Source: Escherichia coli (GTDB lineage Bacteria > Pseudomonadota > Gammaproteobacteria > Enterobacterales > Enterobacteriaceae). Taken from it: a stretch of 64,000 nucleotides of DNA. Shown here piece after piece: positions 19,073 through 29,655 of this stretch. Under the pieces are notes generated by a model. The model was not told where the DNA came from. It made no database searches and saw only the letters and a list, made by a program, of their open reading frames with translations. The stretch is from NCBI RefSeq assembly GCF_036507355.1, contig NZ_AP027877.1, one strand, 5' to 3'. The translations under genes were made by a program, and so were the position numbers. Position 1 is the stretch's first letter. Each line of letters begins with the position of its first letter.

Positions 19073-22000
19073 ATGAGATTCCACCCTGAAGGGCCTTCCA
19101 TACCCGATATCCTCTTAGAACGCTGTGATACAGGTCGAGTTGTATTTCTCTGTGGCGCTGGGGTTTCATTACCTTCAGGGATGCCAAGCTTTGTAGAGCT
19201 TACCCAGCATGTAATTGAATACTTTGACCCACCACACGATTCAGAAATCATGGCAGCATTTCGCCCATGGCTTCACGACCAATCTTCAGCTAATGTCCCT
19301 CTCGACCAAATTTTCAACCTCCTACATCTGGAATATGGCAAGGATGAGGTGAATGCTTTGGTATCAAAGCGTCTGGGGACTGCAAGAACTGATATAGAGA
19401 TTGGACGTGAGCATGCCCTGATTAAAAGAATTTCCTCAAATCAGAGTGGTGTCCCACAGATTGTCACAACGAACTTTGACCGACTGTTCGAGGATAACCA
19501 AGCGCAAGATAATCTAACTCGATATGTGCCGCCAGCTTTCCCAAATCTGAATTTCGGTTCGACAATTGAGGGAATAACATATCTTCACGGCCGCCTGGTC
19601 GACGAAAATGCTGTAAACCATCCTTATGTGCTGAGCAGTGCAGACTTTGGAAGAGCATATCTTTCAGAAGGATGGGCGACCAATTTTATTAAGCTTCTTC
19701 TGGAACGATACATCGTTGTTTTGGTCGGTTATCAGGCAGAAGACCCACCAGTTAAATACCTCCTTCAGGGTCTCAATCATGATGGCCAGTATGATCGTTC
19801 CAGACTTTATGCATTTGATCGCGGCCTTGCCGAGGATATCGAAGCCAAATGGCGTGACAGAGGAGTTACAGCCATAGCCTATTCCGATCATCCAGCTCTT
19901 TGGAAGACTTTGGAAGCATGGGCTGAGCGAGTAGATGATCCACGTCGATGGCGAGCTTCTATTATCGCTAAAAGCCAGCAAGATCCGAAAGTTCTAGCAC
20001 CGTATGAACGTGGTCAACTTGCCCATATACTTCGCACTACACAAGGTGCGAAATTGTTCTCTGAAGCTGTTCCTCTTCCCCATCCAGAGTGGCTTTGTGT
20101 GATGGATGCAAATATTCGGTCAGCCAAACAGAAGAAAAGATACTACGAACTTGATGACAATGATGCAGAGACCTTCGATCCACAAGAAGCTTATGGGCTT
20201 GATGACGATCTGCAAGATATCGCTGATGATGAACGTAAACGTGGAGTGAGTAACGATAATCTCCTTGAATAGCGCGACGAAGATGATAACCCGTCAGATT
20301 ACCATCGCTTGGCTGGATGTTTGGAGACAATGCCGAAACGATTGAGCCATCTCATGGTCTGGTTCTGCAAATCTCTTGATAGCCCCGTGATGGCTTGGTG
20401 GGCTATCCGAAAAATCAGTATTCATCCTCTACTACTACAAAATATTGAACGCAATATTGAGCATTCAACATCAATCCACAAACGCGCTCGTCAACTGTGG
20501 GGCTTAATTCTTGAACATCATAAAGATCCCCGCAATCGTCGTTATGACGTCGATTGGTACGACTTAAAAGCTCGAATTACAAAACAAGGCTGGACAGCTG
20601 GTGTCTTACGAGAATTTCGTAGGGTAATGACACCCCGATTGGAAAAGAAGTTGCCGTATGGATTGGGTGAAGTCAGACCGCCAAGCGGCTCCTGGGAGGA
20701 AATTCAGTTCAGCGAATTTGGCCAATTTGAAGTTGTGTTCACCGAAAGACATGATGACGATTTAGACGTACCTGACAATGTATTACTACAAGTATTTAAT
20801 GCCTTAGAAGCGCAAATAATAATTGCCTCCGGAATGTTAGAGGATATTGATACGCACTACTTTCCAAGCCCAAGTTGTTATCCAGAACGTGCGGTTGAAG
20901 GAGAAGAACATTTCGCGAAAGGTGCGGAGGTATTAACTTGGTTTGTCCAACTTTTAGACCGAGTTGTTATGAAGTGGCCAGAATTGGCTAAGGCATAAGT
21001 AACAACTTGGCCAGTTAAGGAGCCATTTTTCTTCCGAAAGCTTAGACTTTATGCATTCAGTAAAAAAGGCGTCTTTGAGGCTGACCGTGTTGCCGAAGAG
21101 CTTTTGTCTTTGGATCAAAGTGGATTTTGGGACACAAATATTACCCGCGAACTTCTTTTTCTGCTCACTGATCGTTGGGAAGAATTCTCGCAAGAAAATC
21201 AGAATCGAATTATAGAGCATATATTAACCGGCCCGAACCATTTACTTTATTTGTCTGAGGAAGACATTCCAAAAGAAAGAGAGATATTAGCAGCTAGATA
21301 CGCTCGTTATCTCGAACTAAACGGCTGTAAAGTAACCACTATTCATCGTGACCAACTAACTGCGATGATTAAAAGAATTCCTGACTGGAATGATGGCTGG
21401 GCTACATCTGTTGTCATCAATTGGGGTTCACGGACAGGTTGGGTTCGTACAGACGAAAAGCCAGATATAATCTTAGATCTTCCAGCAAACGAAATAATCC
21501 CAAAAGTAAAAGAGATACTTAAACGAGAGGATGATAGCTTTACTAGTAGGCAACCCTTTGTCGGATTGATAAAAGAAAATCCGCGTAAAGCTTTGTCTGC
21601 ACTCGCTATTGCAGGGAGAGGCGGTGATTACCCTAAGGAATTTTGGTCGCCAATGATAAGTGAGTTACCTATAGATCTTAAACCAAGGGTGAGACGAGTA
21701 TTCCTGAACCGAATTGTGCGATTGCCAGTTACAGCTTTGGTCGAGTTACGACATACATTAAGTAACTGGCTTGAACAAAATTTAGCTGCGACTCTTGAAT
21801 TTGATGAGGATCTCGGGTGGGCAGTTTACGATCATGTCATAGCAGGCATACTGAGTGGTGGCGCCAGTGCAATACGGAGTAGTTTCGGAGAAGTTATCCG
21901 GAATGGAGAAGTTGTAATACAGTCTCGCCGCACGTTCAGTCATGCAATCAATGGTCCTGTCGGTAAATGTACTCAAGCGCTTTTTCAAGCAATGCCAAGT

Positions 22001-22882
22001 GAAGAGAAAAAAGCTGGTTCGCTTATTCCTTACTCTATTAAGTCTCGTATTGAACATCTTTTTACTGCACCAGGAGAAGGAGCGGACCACGCTATAGCTA
22101 TAACGTCTCGCAATCTAAATTGGCTAATGTTTGTTGATCCTGCATGGGTAAAGGAATGGCTTATACCCCTTTTGGATTTAAAACATCCTGCAGCAGAACC
22201 AGCATGGAATGGTTATCTTCAGTGCAATGCTATGCCTTCAATTGCAGTAGCTGAACTTATTAAACCAGCTTTTCTTAACCTTATCCCTTGGATCGAATCT
22301 CTTTCTTGGGAAAAAGATTATTCAGTTCGAGCTTCGCAATGGCTTGGCTTAATGAGAATGTTTCACCCTGATGAGCCCTCCAGTCCTTCCAGGAATGAAA
22401 TGCGCTCCATATTACGAGCATTATCTGACGAGGCTCGAAATCGTTTTATTTCCTGGTTAGGATTGGTCGGGCAGAAAAACGAGAGTGGCTGGGTTAAGTA
22501 TGTGATCCCATTAATCAGAGAGGACTGGCCCAAAGAACGCCAATATAGAACCACGAGCTCTGTAAAAGCATGGATTGGTTTACTTGACGATACTGGCGAT
22601 AAGTTTCCGGAGGTTTACGATTCAGTAAAAACATACTTAGTACCAATCGAGACAATTGATCATTTGTTCTACAGATTCACTCGGGAGCTCGGTGGTAAAG
22701 GAGCAATTGCGGCTATTTTTCCAGAAACCACGCTTGATTTAATGGACAAAATAACACCACTGATATTCACGCGTACATCAGGAGAGCTGCAGAAGATTCT
22801 TGAGCTAATTGAAGATACAGATACAAGTCTGATCAAGGATTCTCGGTACTTACGGCTTATTGCACTGGTTGAGAAAAATTAG
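19073..22882 (+). pseudogene. Large SIR2-domain protein gene (about 1,270 codons) interrupted by two in-frame stop codons
   Basis: N-terminal SIR2-like motifs (VVFLCGAGVSLPSGMPSF; IVTTNFDRLFE). Track ORFs 19007-20272, 20309-20998 and 21104-22882 all lie in the same frame, separated only by TAG at 20270-20272 and TAA at 20996-20998. Confidence 0.65.
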
Positions 22883-23040
22883 CATTTATGGTTTTTTACC
22901 GTTGTTGATTACTCAGCAACACTTTTCGACATGCCGTAGCGCTTATCGCCTGTTCTTGACTAAGATGAGAAGCAGGCGTTAAAGTTTGGTTAAAGGAGAA
23001 CCTCTAACCATTCCTTCTGGAAGAAATAATCTTTGGAGTA

Positions 23041-23769
23041 TTATTGAAATTGCTCAAATATACCATGCAACCCAATAAATTTTATTTTTAGTGCAGGATC
23101 ATGCCTTAGAACAGTCTCAAGTGAGTTCCGCTCATAAATTATTGATTGTGCTTGTATTGAGCCGTTCCATGAAGGCAAAAGCAGTAAAGCAGATGTTTCC
23201 AAATCAATACCCCACCAATCGTTAACATAGCAATTTAAAAAATCAACAAGAGCCTTAATCGCAATAAAAGCATCTTTTTCGGTATATGTTTCAGGATCGA
23301 GGGATATACCTGATATATTACTTTTAGCTTGCTCGGAATTAATATTAGACTGGTGTTGATAAGCAATTTTTCCTTCACCCGGTTTAGTTTCTATTGTATC
23401 AGTGAAAATTTTAATCTTAGGATGCACCAATGCATTTCGTTGTGCTATTAATTCTTTTATTATTTGTGTTTGAGTGGTTCCACGAGGTAAAGACATGTCT
23501 TTATGCCATTGAAGAGTATAGTCAAATTTATCAAGTGAAGAGAACCTGTCAATTTGATCTTTTAACTTTTGCGTTATTTCTATAGAAGATAAAAATGAGT
23601 TAGCTGCAGCCTCAATAGCGTAGTTAATTGAAAGTACACTTGATTTGGCAAGTGTTTTTTTGATGTGTGATTTTTTTGTTGCAGCTGATAATTCATAAAG
23701 AGTTATTGCATCAGAAAAAAGCTCAAAAAAGCTGTTCTTGGTTATTTCAACTTTTCTTTTCACACGCAA
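23041..23769 (-). CDS. Hypothetical protein (242 aa), third gene of the uncharacterised operon
   Basis: ORF in a low-GC region 84 bp downstream of the 504-aa gene on the same strand; no recognisable motifs. Confidence 0.45.
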   Translation of the reverse strand: MRVKRKVEITKNSFFELFSDAITLYELSAATKKSHIKKTLAKSSVLSINYAIEAAANSFLSSIEITQKLKDQIDRFSSLDKFDYTLQWHKDMSLPRGTTQTQIIKELIAQRNALVHPKIKIFTDTIETKPGEGKIAYQHQSNINSEQAKSNISGISLDPETYTEKDAFIAIKALVDFLNCYVNDWWGIDLETSALLLLPSWNGSIQAQSIIYERNSLETVLRHDPALKIKFIGLHGIFEQFQ

Positions 23770-23852
23770 CCCTCTGCATAAAAAATAAAATCATATAGAC
23801 AGAATACAATTTCCTATAATCTTTACATTCTACTAATTGTGGATATAAATGG

Positions 23853-25367
23853 CTATCGAGAATAAGAACTGGGTTTAGGAAAACCACCTCTGACGACGAC
23901 AACAACAATTGCAACTTGAGATTGACCTGTTGGATGAGTGAATACTTCAATATCATCCTCTATTACTCCCACCGGCGCTGATTTTGACGTTGATTCCAGA
24001 ACAACCAAAATACCGATACGCTTACCTAATCCAATGGCATAAGCTGCTGTTTGATCGAAATATTTTTGAAAATCCTTGGGAAAAAGAACCTTATTATTTT
24101 CAACTTTTAGTTCTATCGGAATGTCTTCAAATGTGAGATCCGTTATCCCGCCAGCAGCCTCTGGATGGCCTTGTAATTTCTCGCCAATCTCATTCCTACT
24201 TCTAAGCATTTCGGCTATTTTACGCTGAAATTTTTGCTCTGATGTGCCAGCAATAAATAAACTAGCTTTAAGAGCTTGTGCTGCAACATTTCCTAAGCCG
24301 CCAAGTATAACCATTGTATTAGCAATGTCATCTGAGTGTAATCCAGGGAAAGCTCGTAATATGTTACGAATTTTTATAAGATGCCTATCGACGTTTGAAA
24401 ATCCAGTTAATGGAGCTTGAGCGGAATCACTCCCTTCAAGTAGTAAGCGCCTATGTCCTACGATAGCAATATTTTGGCAATTACTTAAATTGTCAAACTC
24501 GGCAGCATATAGGAATTCGTAAGGTCTCGAGCCAAATGAATTTGCCACTTCCAAGACGACACGACCGATCCCCTTCAGTGTGAAGGGGCCTTCCCCCTCT
24601 GGTTTCTCAAATCTAAAATCAGGCAACCAGTCTCGCTCACGAGCATCAATTGTCACTGGCTTTAATGAGAGGAAATTTGCACTTTTTGGCCAATTTGAAA
24701 CCCTGACCTCTATGTTAAGGTCATAAGCCGTACCCGGCTTAAGATAATTCCATTGCTGAGCTGGTTCCCCATCAATATCAAACTTTAGAAATGCAACTGT
24801 CGATTCTTGTGTTTTATTCTCTTTTGTCTCTTTACTAGATATTCCTTGCCTAATCTCCTCAATATTTTTATCGCGAAGATTTGCGAATAAGAGTAGTGGC
24901 AATGACCAGCTTGTTAACTGGTCTTGTATTTGTTTTAATGAATCTAATTTACTGATTGAACGGACTTGCTCTATAAATTCATTAAATTGTTTGTTCTCCG
25001 AGAGACTCGTCGTCATGTCGATCTCTGATGCTTTTAATTGTGCTGAATTTAAAAACCTTTGAGCATCAGTCTCAGCATTACGTATAGCATGTTTCCACTC
25101 AGCTAGAGTTACAAATATAGTCATTGCTATATAATATGCACGATATTGATCTTCAACATATCCCTGACCGAGCTCATCGAGCGTTTCATTGAGCTTTTGA
25201 CACGCTTCTTTAAGTTTCACCAAGTCATTCGGAATGGACTTGAGTGCACCATCCAACGCTGCTGCAATCTCAACCCTCGGAGAAAAAGCTTGGCGGAAAA
25301 TCTCGAAATTTGGCTCGTTCTTCATATTCTTTCTCCAACTCAGCCGTAAGACCATTCCATTTTTCAA
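23853..25367 (-). CDS. Hypothetical protein (about 490-504 aa) with possible C-terminal PD-(D/E)xK nuclease-like motif
   Basis: C-terminal segment GGITDLTFEDIPIELKVENNK fits a D-x8-E-x-K pattern. The start is uncertain: the first ATG overlaps the upstream gene by about 98 bp. Confidence 0.45.
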   Translation of the reverse strand: MKNGMVLRLSWRKNMKNEPNFEIFRQAFSPRVEIAAALDGALKSIPNDLVKLKEACQKLNETLDELGQGYVEDQYRAYYIAMTIFVTLAEWKHAIRNAETDAQRFLNSAQLKASEIDMTTSLSENKQFNEFIEQVRSISKLDSLKQIQDQLTSWSLPLLLFANLRDKNIEEIRQGISSKETKENKTQESTVAFLKFDIDGEPAQQWNYLKPGTAYDLNIEVRVSNWPKSANFLSLKPVTIDARERDWLPDFRFEKPEGEGPFTLKGIGRVVLEVANSFGSRPYEFLYAAEFDNLSNCQNIAIVGHRRLLLEGSDSAQAPLTGFSNVDRHLIKIRNILRAFPGLHSDDIANTMVILGGLGNVAAQALKASLFIAGTSEQKFQRKIAEMLRSRNEIGEKLQGHPEAAGGITDLTFEDIPIELKVENNKVLFPKDFQKYFDQTAAYAIGLGKRIGILVVLESTSKSAPVGVIEDDIEVFTHPTGQSQVAIVVVVVRGGFPKPSSYSR

Positions 25368-27843
25368 TTAAGTCATTATAGGGTTCGCAAACACTTATGG
25401 CATGTTCAATGCTAGCTGCTTCTGTAACTAAAGCAGCCTTAAGTTTCCATTGTGTATTTCTTTCATCATTTGGAATTTCTTCCAGTAGTTCCTTTAAACA
25501 AACATTTGCAGTTACGTTATCACCACACTTGCTTAACGCAGCCACGTACACTAATGCTTCAATAAATTGTTGAGGTTTAAATGGTTTCAGAGCATTGAAT
25601 GCTTTTTGGAGATCGTCTTTACAATTTCGAAGCTCATTATGTGGCGCTCTTAATATCACTGAGATGCAGTCATCAATAGAAATACTGCGAGTATACTCAT
25701 CCTGAATTGCTTTGAGTGCGACTTTGACAAAACCGGGAATATCATCAAAATGAAAACGCAATCGATTGATAGCATCATAAAGTGCACTTCCTTCTAAAAT
25801 TAATAATATATTAGAAAGAAGCAATCCAATTTTCCCCTTTCTCTCTTCATCTGATAAGCAAAGAGAAGAAAAAACGTCAATGCATTCTACAATGAAATTA
25901 TCTTTTTTATCTTGTTGAATATAATAGCAAATTAGATTCCATAGCCGGGATCTCACAAGTCCCCGTTTCTCCTCAGGAAAAGATCTACGGCTCAAAGCGC
26001 GAACAGCATACTGATGCACCATAACATATTGATCTAATAGCAAGACTGAATATGCTTCGAAGAATAAATCTGGGAAATTCTTCACTAAATCATAGGGAAC
26101 ATTTTCCCACGCTTGTACGGCACGTGCTCGAATCAATGTACTCTCATCCATAAGAGCACGATACCAATCGGAGAGCACTAGTGTTAGGCTGTCAATACCA
26201 GTTAATAACTTAGAAACATGGGCAATCATGTTCCCACGCATTTGAGTTTGTTCTTCTGGTAAGCTTCTATAGAGATGAAGAAAATCATCGATTCCTTCAC
26301 TCCCTCTAGATTTAGCTCCAATCGCAGCCCATTCAATCAATGCACCCTGTAAGCCATCAATAGCATTACGCTTATTACTTTTATCTAAATGATCTAGAAA
26401 ACTCTCATTTATTTCTATGATTTTTTCTTTATTCAACGCCTCAAATTTCTCGCTTAGCGTTGCAGCCGCTCCGATCAAATCGTCAAAATTATCAACTGCA
26501 AGCTCAGCAAATTCGTCCCAAGAGTGTCTAAAGAATTGTCCTGCATCATCCATGCTATCCTCTGGATTTTCCACAGCAGCCCAGAGCAAACGCCTAAAAG
26601 CTATTTTTTGTGTCTTTCCTGTTTTACTTTTTTTTCTATAGTTATTTCGCAGTACAGATCTGTAAGCTCTATTGGCCTCATGTCTCCCAATATCATCTTT
26701 GTCAGCAAGATAGGATTGAATAACTTTATCGCTTTCATCGGGAAATCTATCTAAGTATTTCGTAGCAGCCTCCCGAAGAAAGAAAAGAATGCTGCTATCT
26801 CTCCGCTCCTCCGGGAGTAGAGTCCGTCGACGCATCAGCTTAGCAAATATACTTCTAATATGTCTTAGAAGCAGCTCATCATCATCCGATGCAATAATTA
26901 TCTCAATAGCAAATTGAAATTTTCCCCGGTGAGTATCTTTTATGTATTCATCAACAACATCACAGATATCAGCTTGTCTTTTTTTAAAAAGTGACTGAAT
27001 GGGGCCTTTATTAAGTACTTTTCGCTCAAATGTGCCAATCATCATTCCAGGAGGAGATTCAACAGCCATTCTAACAAAGTGGTAAAGGACTTTTAAGAAA
27101 TCATCTTCAGATAGATTCTCTGCTTCCAAGAGGATTGCTTCTATAGCTGGTGGACAATATTCGAAGTTGTTTATTAAATATACTGAAATTGCCAGTTTTT
27201 CCGCTTGTGATAATTCAGTTCTTATTAAAGCTTTTGCTGCTGGCATTGAATATGGTAATTTCTCATGTAACACTGCAGGCAACAAGTGTTCAATTATTTT
27301 ACTTGTAAATGTCTCAGGTGCCAGATTAGCAAGTTGTTCCAAACGGGGATCGTTGTTCTCTATATCCTCTTGATCGAGTTCATCAAGCAAATCAAGCACA
27401 AACGTTTCTTCTAGAGTAAGTGAAAGACGTAATACTGCTCGTTCTTGTTGTCTATTGAGCTGCTTCTGCTTTCTCTGCCTTTCTTCTTCTTTGCGAGCCA
27501 AATTTCGTTCTTCGGCAGATTTTTCTCTTGGGCCTACAAACTCTAAAATATTGGGAAATCCCACCGGAACCCGTTGATTACAATGTTTACAGTTCTGTTT
27601 ATAGAAGCTGTAAACCGAGTCTTCCAGCAGCCAGCTAAGCATTGAACTTTGCTTAACAAATTTGCATTGAACTCCCATGTGACCAATGGGTAACCCTGTT
27701 TCAGCCTCAATCATGCCTCTCCCCTCTGATCGAATGAATTCAGAGTGAGAACACCAGTTACTAAGTAGGTGTACAGCACGGAGATTTCGTTGACCAGCTT
27801 CGATTGCCTCTTCAAATCTTTTTTTATCTTCAAAATCATCCAT
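25270..27843 (-). CDS. Hypothetical large protein (857 aa) with N-terminal Cys/His cluster; first gene of the operon
   Basis: N-terminal WCSHSEF...GHMGVQCKF...CKHCNQ could be a zinc-binding module; the rest is predicted helical with charged linkers. Preceded by an AT-rich 400-bp region. Confidence 0.5.
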   Translation of the reverse strand: MDDFEDKKRFEEAIEAGQRNLRAVHLLSNWCSHSEFIRSEGRGMIEAETGLPIGHMGVQCKFVKQSSMLSWLLEDSVYSFYKQNCKHCNQRVPVGFPNILEFVGPREKSAEERNLARKEEERQRKQKQLNRQQERAVLRLSLTLEETFVLDLLDELDQEDIENNDPRLEQLANLAPETFTSKIIEHLLPAVLHEKLPYSMPAAKALIRTELSQAEKLAISVYLINNFEYCPPAIEAILLEAENLSEDDFLKVLYHFVRMAVESPPGMMIGTFERKVLNKGPIQSLFKKRQADICDVVDEYIKDTHRGKFQFAIEIIIASDDDELLLRHIRSIFAKLMRRRTLLPEERRDSSILFFLREAATKYLDRFPDESDKVIQSYLADKDDIGRHEANRAYRSVLRNNYRKKSKTGKTQKIAFRRLLWAAVENPEDSMDDAGQFFRHSWDEFAELAVDNFDDLIGAAATLSEKFEALNKEKIIEINESFLDHLDKSNKRNAIDGLQGALIEWAAIGAKSRGSEGIDDFLHLYRSLPEEQTQMRGNMIAHVSKLLTGIDSLTLVLSDWYRALMDESTLIRARAVQAWENVPYDLVKNFPDLFFEAYSVLLLDQYVMVHQYAVRALSRRSFPEEKRGLVRSRLWNLICYYIQQDKKDNFIVECIDVFSSLCLSDEERKGKIGLLLSNILLILEGSALYDAINRLRFHFDDIPGFVKVALKAIQDEYTRSISIDDCISVILRAPHNELRNCKDDLQKAFNALKPFKPQQFIEALVYVAALSKCGDNVTANVCLKELLEEIPNDERNTQWKLKAALVTEAASIEHAISVCEPYNDLIEKWNGLTAELEKEYEERAKFRDFPPSFFSEG

Positions 27844-28246
27844 TTAGATAACACCCTTATAAGGAACATGTACTCATCTAAAATGCTGTTACCGGATTAT
27901 TATACCTAAAACAATGAATGCTGTGTATTATGAAATGTGATATAAGTCAATTAGTTACATATAAAAACCAACTCACATCCAAAAGGATAGTATTTCGAGG
28001 TTTGTAGCATCATTAAATGTGAACTTATTTATCGCCCCCTCAAGTTAACTAATAAATAAGTTATAATTTACATATACTTCTGGAATTTAGAAACCTTATA
28101 TCTAATAGTTGAGTAAGTTAATAATCAACTTGAGTGTGATTCATAAAAAAAATAATTATTATTTTCAGCCCCTCCATTATGGAGGAGCAATAATAGTATA
28201 GTTTTCCTGTATTCCTAACGATCCAGTTAGGCTTAGAGAAATCTAA

Positions 28247-29443
28247 TTATGAAGCACTCCTGAGAGCAACCCTTCCAACTTTATCAATATAATCCGCATA
28301 CCACTGCATCATCTCTCTCCTGCCTTCCAAATACAGCGCATGGTTGTACGTCCCGCGAATCGCATTCTTATCGACATGCGCAAGCTGGGTTTCAATCCAT
28401 GCGGTATTGAACCCTTCCTCATGCAAAATCGTACTCATCGTGTGGCGGAAACCATGCCCCGTTACCTTCCCCGTGTACCCAATCCGCTTAAACACCTGAT
28501 TAATACTCGCTTCGCTCATTGTTTTGCGGGGATCATTCCTCCCAGGAAACACCAGAGGATATTGCCCAGACATCACTTTGAGCTGCTGTACGATCTCCAG
28601 CGCTTGGGTAGAGAGGGGCACCAGGTGAGGCCGTTTCATCTTCATGCGCTCTGCAGGTATTTCCCACACCGCTTTTTCAAGATCAAACTCACTCCAGAAA
28701 GCACCTCGAAGCTCACCGGTGCGAACCCCCGTAAGGATCAGCAAACGTGCGGCAAGAACAACCAGCGGGCTGCCTGTATAGCCAGAAAGAGCTTTAAAGA
28801 AATCTGGTAACTCCTCAACGGTAAGGAAGGGATAATGCTTCGATTCATGCCCTGACATCGCGCTGGTTAGATCCGCAGCCGGATTGTATTCCGCACGACC
28901 GGTAACTATGGCGTAGCGAAAGACTTCGCTGCAGCGCTGGCGAACTTTCTTGGCCTTCTCTGTCGCACCACGGCTTTCCATTCGACGCAGTACATTCAAC
29001 AGAACAAGAGGCTTAATTTCATTGACTGGCTGCTGACCGATATAGGGAAAAATATCTTTATTTAAAGCTTCGATAATGTCCGATGCATACCCTTCTGACC
29101 ATCTGCTCACCTTCGTACCGTGCCACTCAAGCGCCACAGACTGGAACGTATTATTGAGCTGCACATCACGAACCAGCTTTTCTTCTTTCTTGGCAAACGA
29201 TGGATCGATACCCTCGGCCAGCTTTTTCTTGGCTTCATCGCGTAGTGCCCTCGCTTGAGCAAGGGACACTGCCGGATAAACGCCAAAAGCCATACGCTTC
29301 TCTTTTCCATTGAAGCGATATTTCATTCGCCAGTATCGAGAACCAGAGGGAACGACTTCAAGATACAAACCAGCACCATCTGCCAGCTTATAGGCTTTCT
29401 CTCTGGGTTTAGCTGCATCTACCTGTCGCGCATTTAGCTTCAT
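28247..29443 (-). CDS. int: P4-type tyrosine integrase (about 398 aa)
   Basis: N-terminal MKLNARQVDAAKP...LYLEVVPSGSRYWRMKYRF typical of P4-family integrases; C-terminal catalytic region with HGFRHT and a downstream Tyr; lies beside a tRNA fragment. Confidence 0.8.
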   Translation of the reverse strand: MKLNARQVDAAKPREKAYKLADGAGLYLEVVPSGSRYWRMKYRFNGKEKRMAFGVYPAVSLAQARALRDEAKKKLAEGIDPSFAKKEEKLVRDVQLNNTFQSVALEWHGTKVSRWSEGYASDIIEALNKDIFPYIGQQPVNEIKPLVLLNVLRRMESRGATEKAKKVRQRCSEVFRYAIVTGRAEYNPAADLTSAMSGHESKHYPFLTVEELPDFFKALSGYTGSPLVVLAARLLILTGVRTGELRGAFWSEFDLEKAVWEIPAERMKMKRPHLVPLSTQALEIVQQLKVMSGQYPLVFPGRNDPRKTMSEASINQVFKRIGYTGKVTGHGFRHTMSTILHEEGFNTAWIETQLAHVDKNAIRGTYNHALYLEGRREMMQWYADYIDKVGRVALRSAS

Positions 29444-29606
29444 TGGGGGCATCTCCCTGGACCGAACACAGAATGCCCCCACTTATGCCCCCAACTGTAA
29501 CTTGATTCCGGTTGAGTCCAGTTGATAACAGGAGATAAAATACGGGCTAGAAACCGCAGTATACGGGCTTTTAGTTGATTTCGGTAGACTTGGGAAGAGT
29601 TTGAAA

Positions 29607-29655
29607 TGGTGCCGATAATAGGAGTCGAACCTACGACCTTCGCATTACGAATGCG
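29607..29655 (-). other. 3' fragment (49 bp) of a tRNA-Thr(CGU) gene; attachment-site remnant
   Basis: Reverse complement reads ...CGCATTCGTAATGCGAAGGTCGTAGGTTCGACTCCTATTATCGGCACCA: anticodon stem-loop with CGT, T-arm, acceptor 3' strand and CCA. The 5' half of the tRNA is absent, so this is not a functional gene. Confidence 0.7.

Noticed and set aside
29607-29655. A complete tRNA-Thr gene
   Set aside because: Only the 3' 49 bp match; the sequence where the D-arm and 5' acceptor strand should be does not fit a tRNA.
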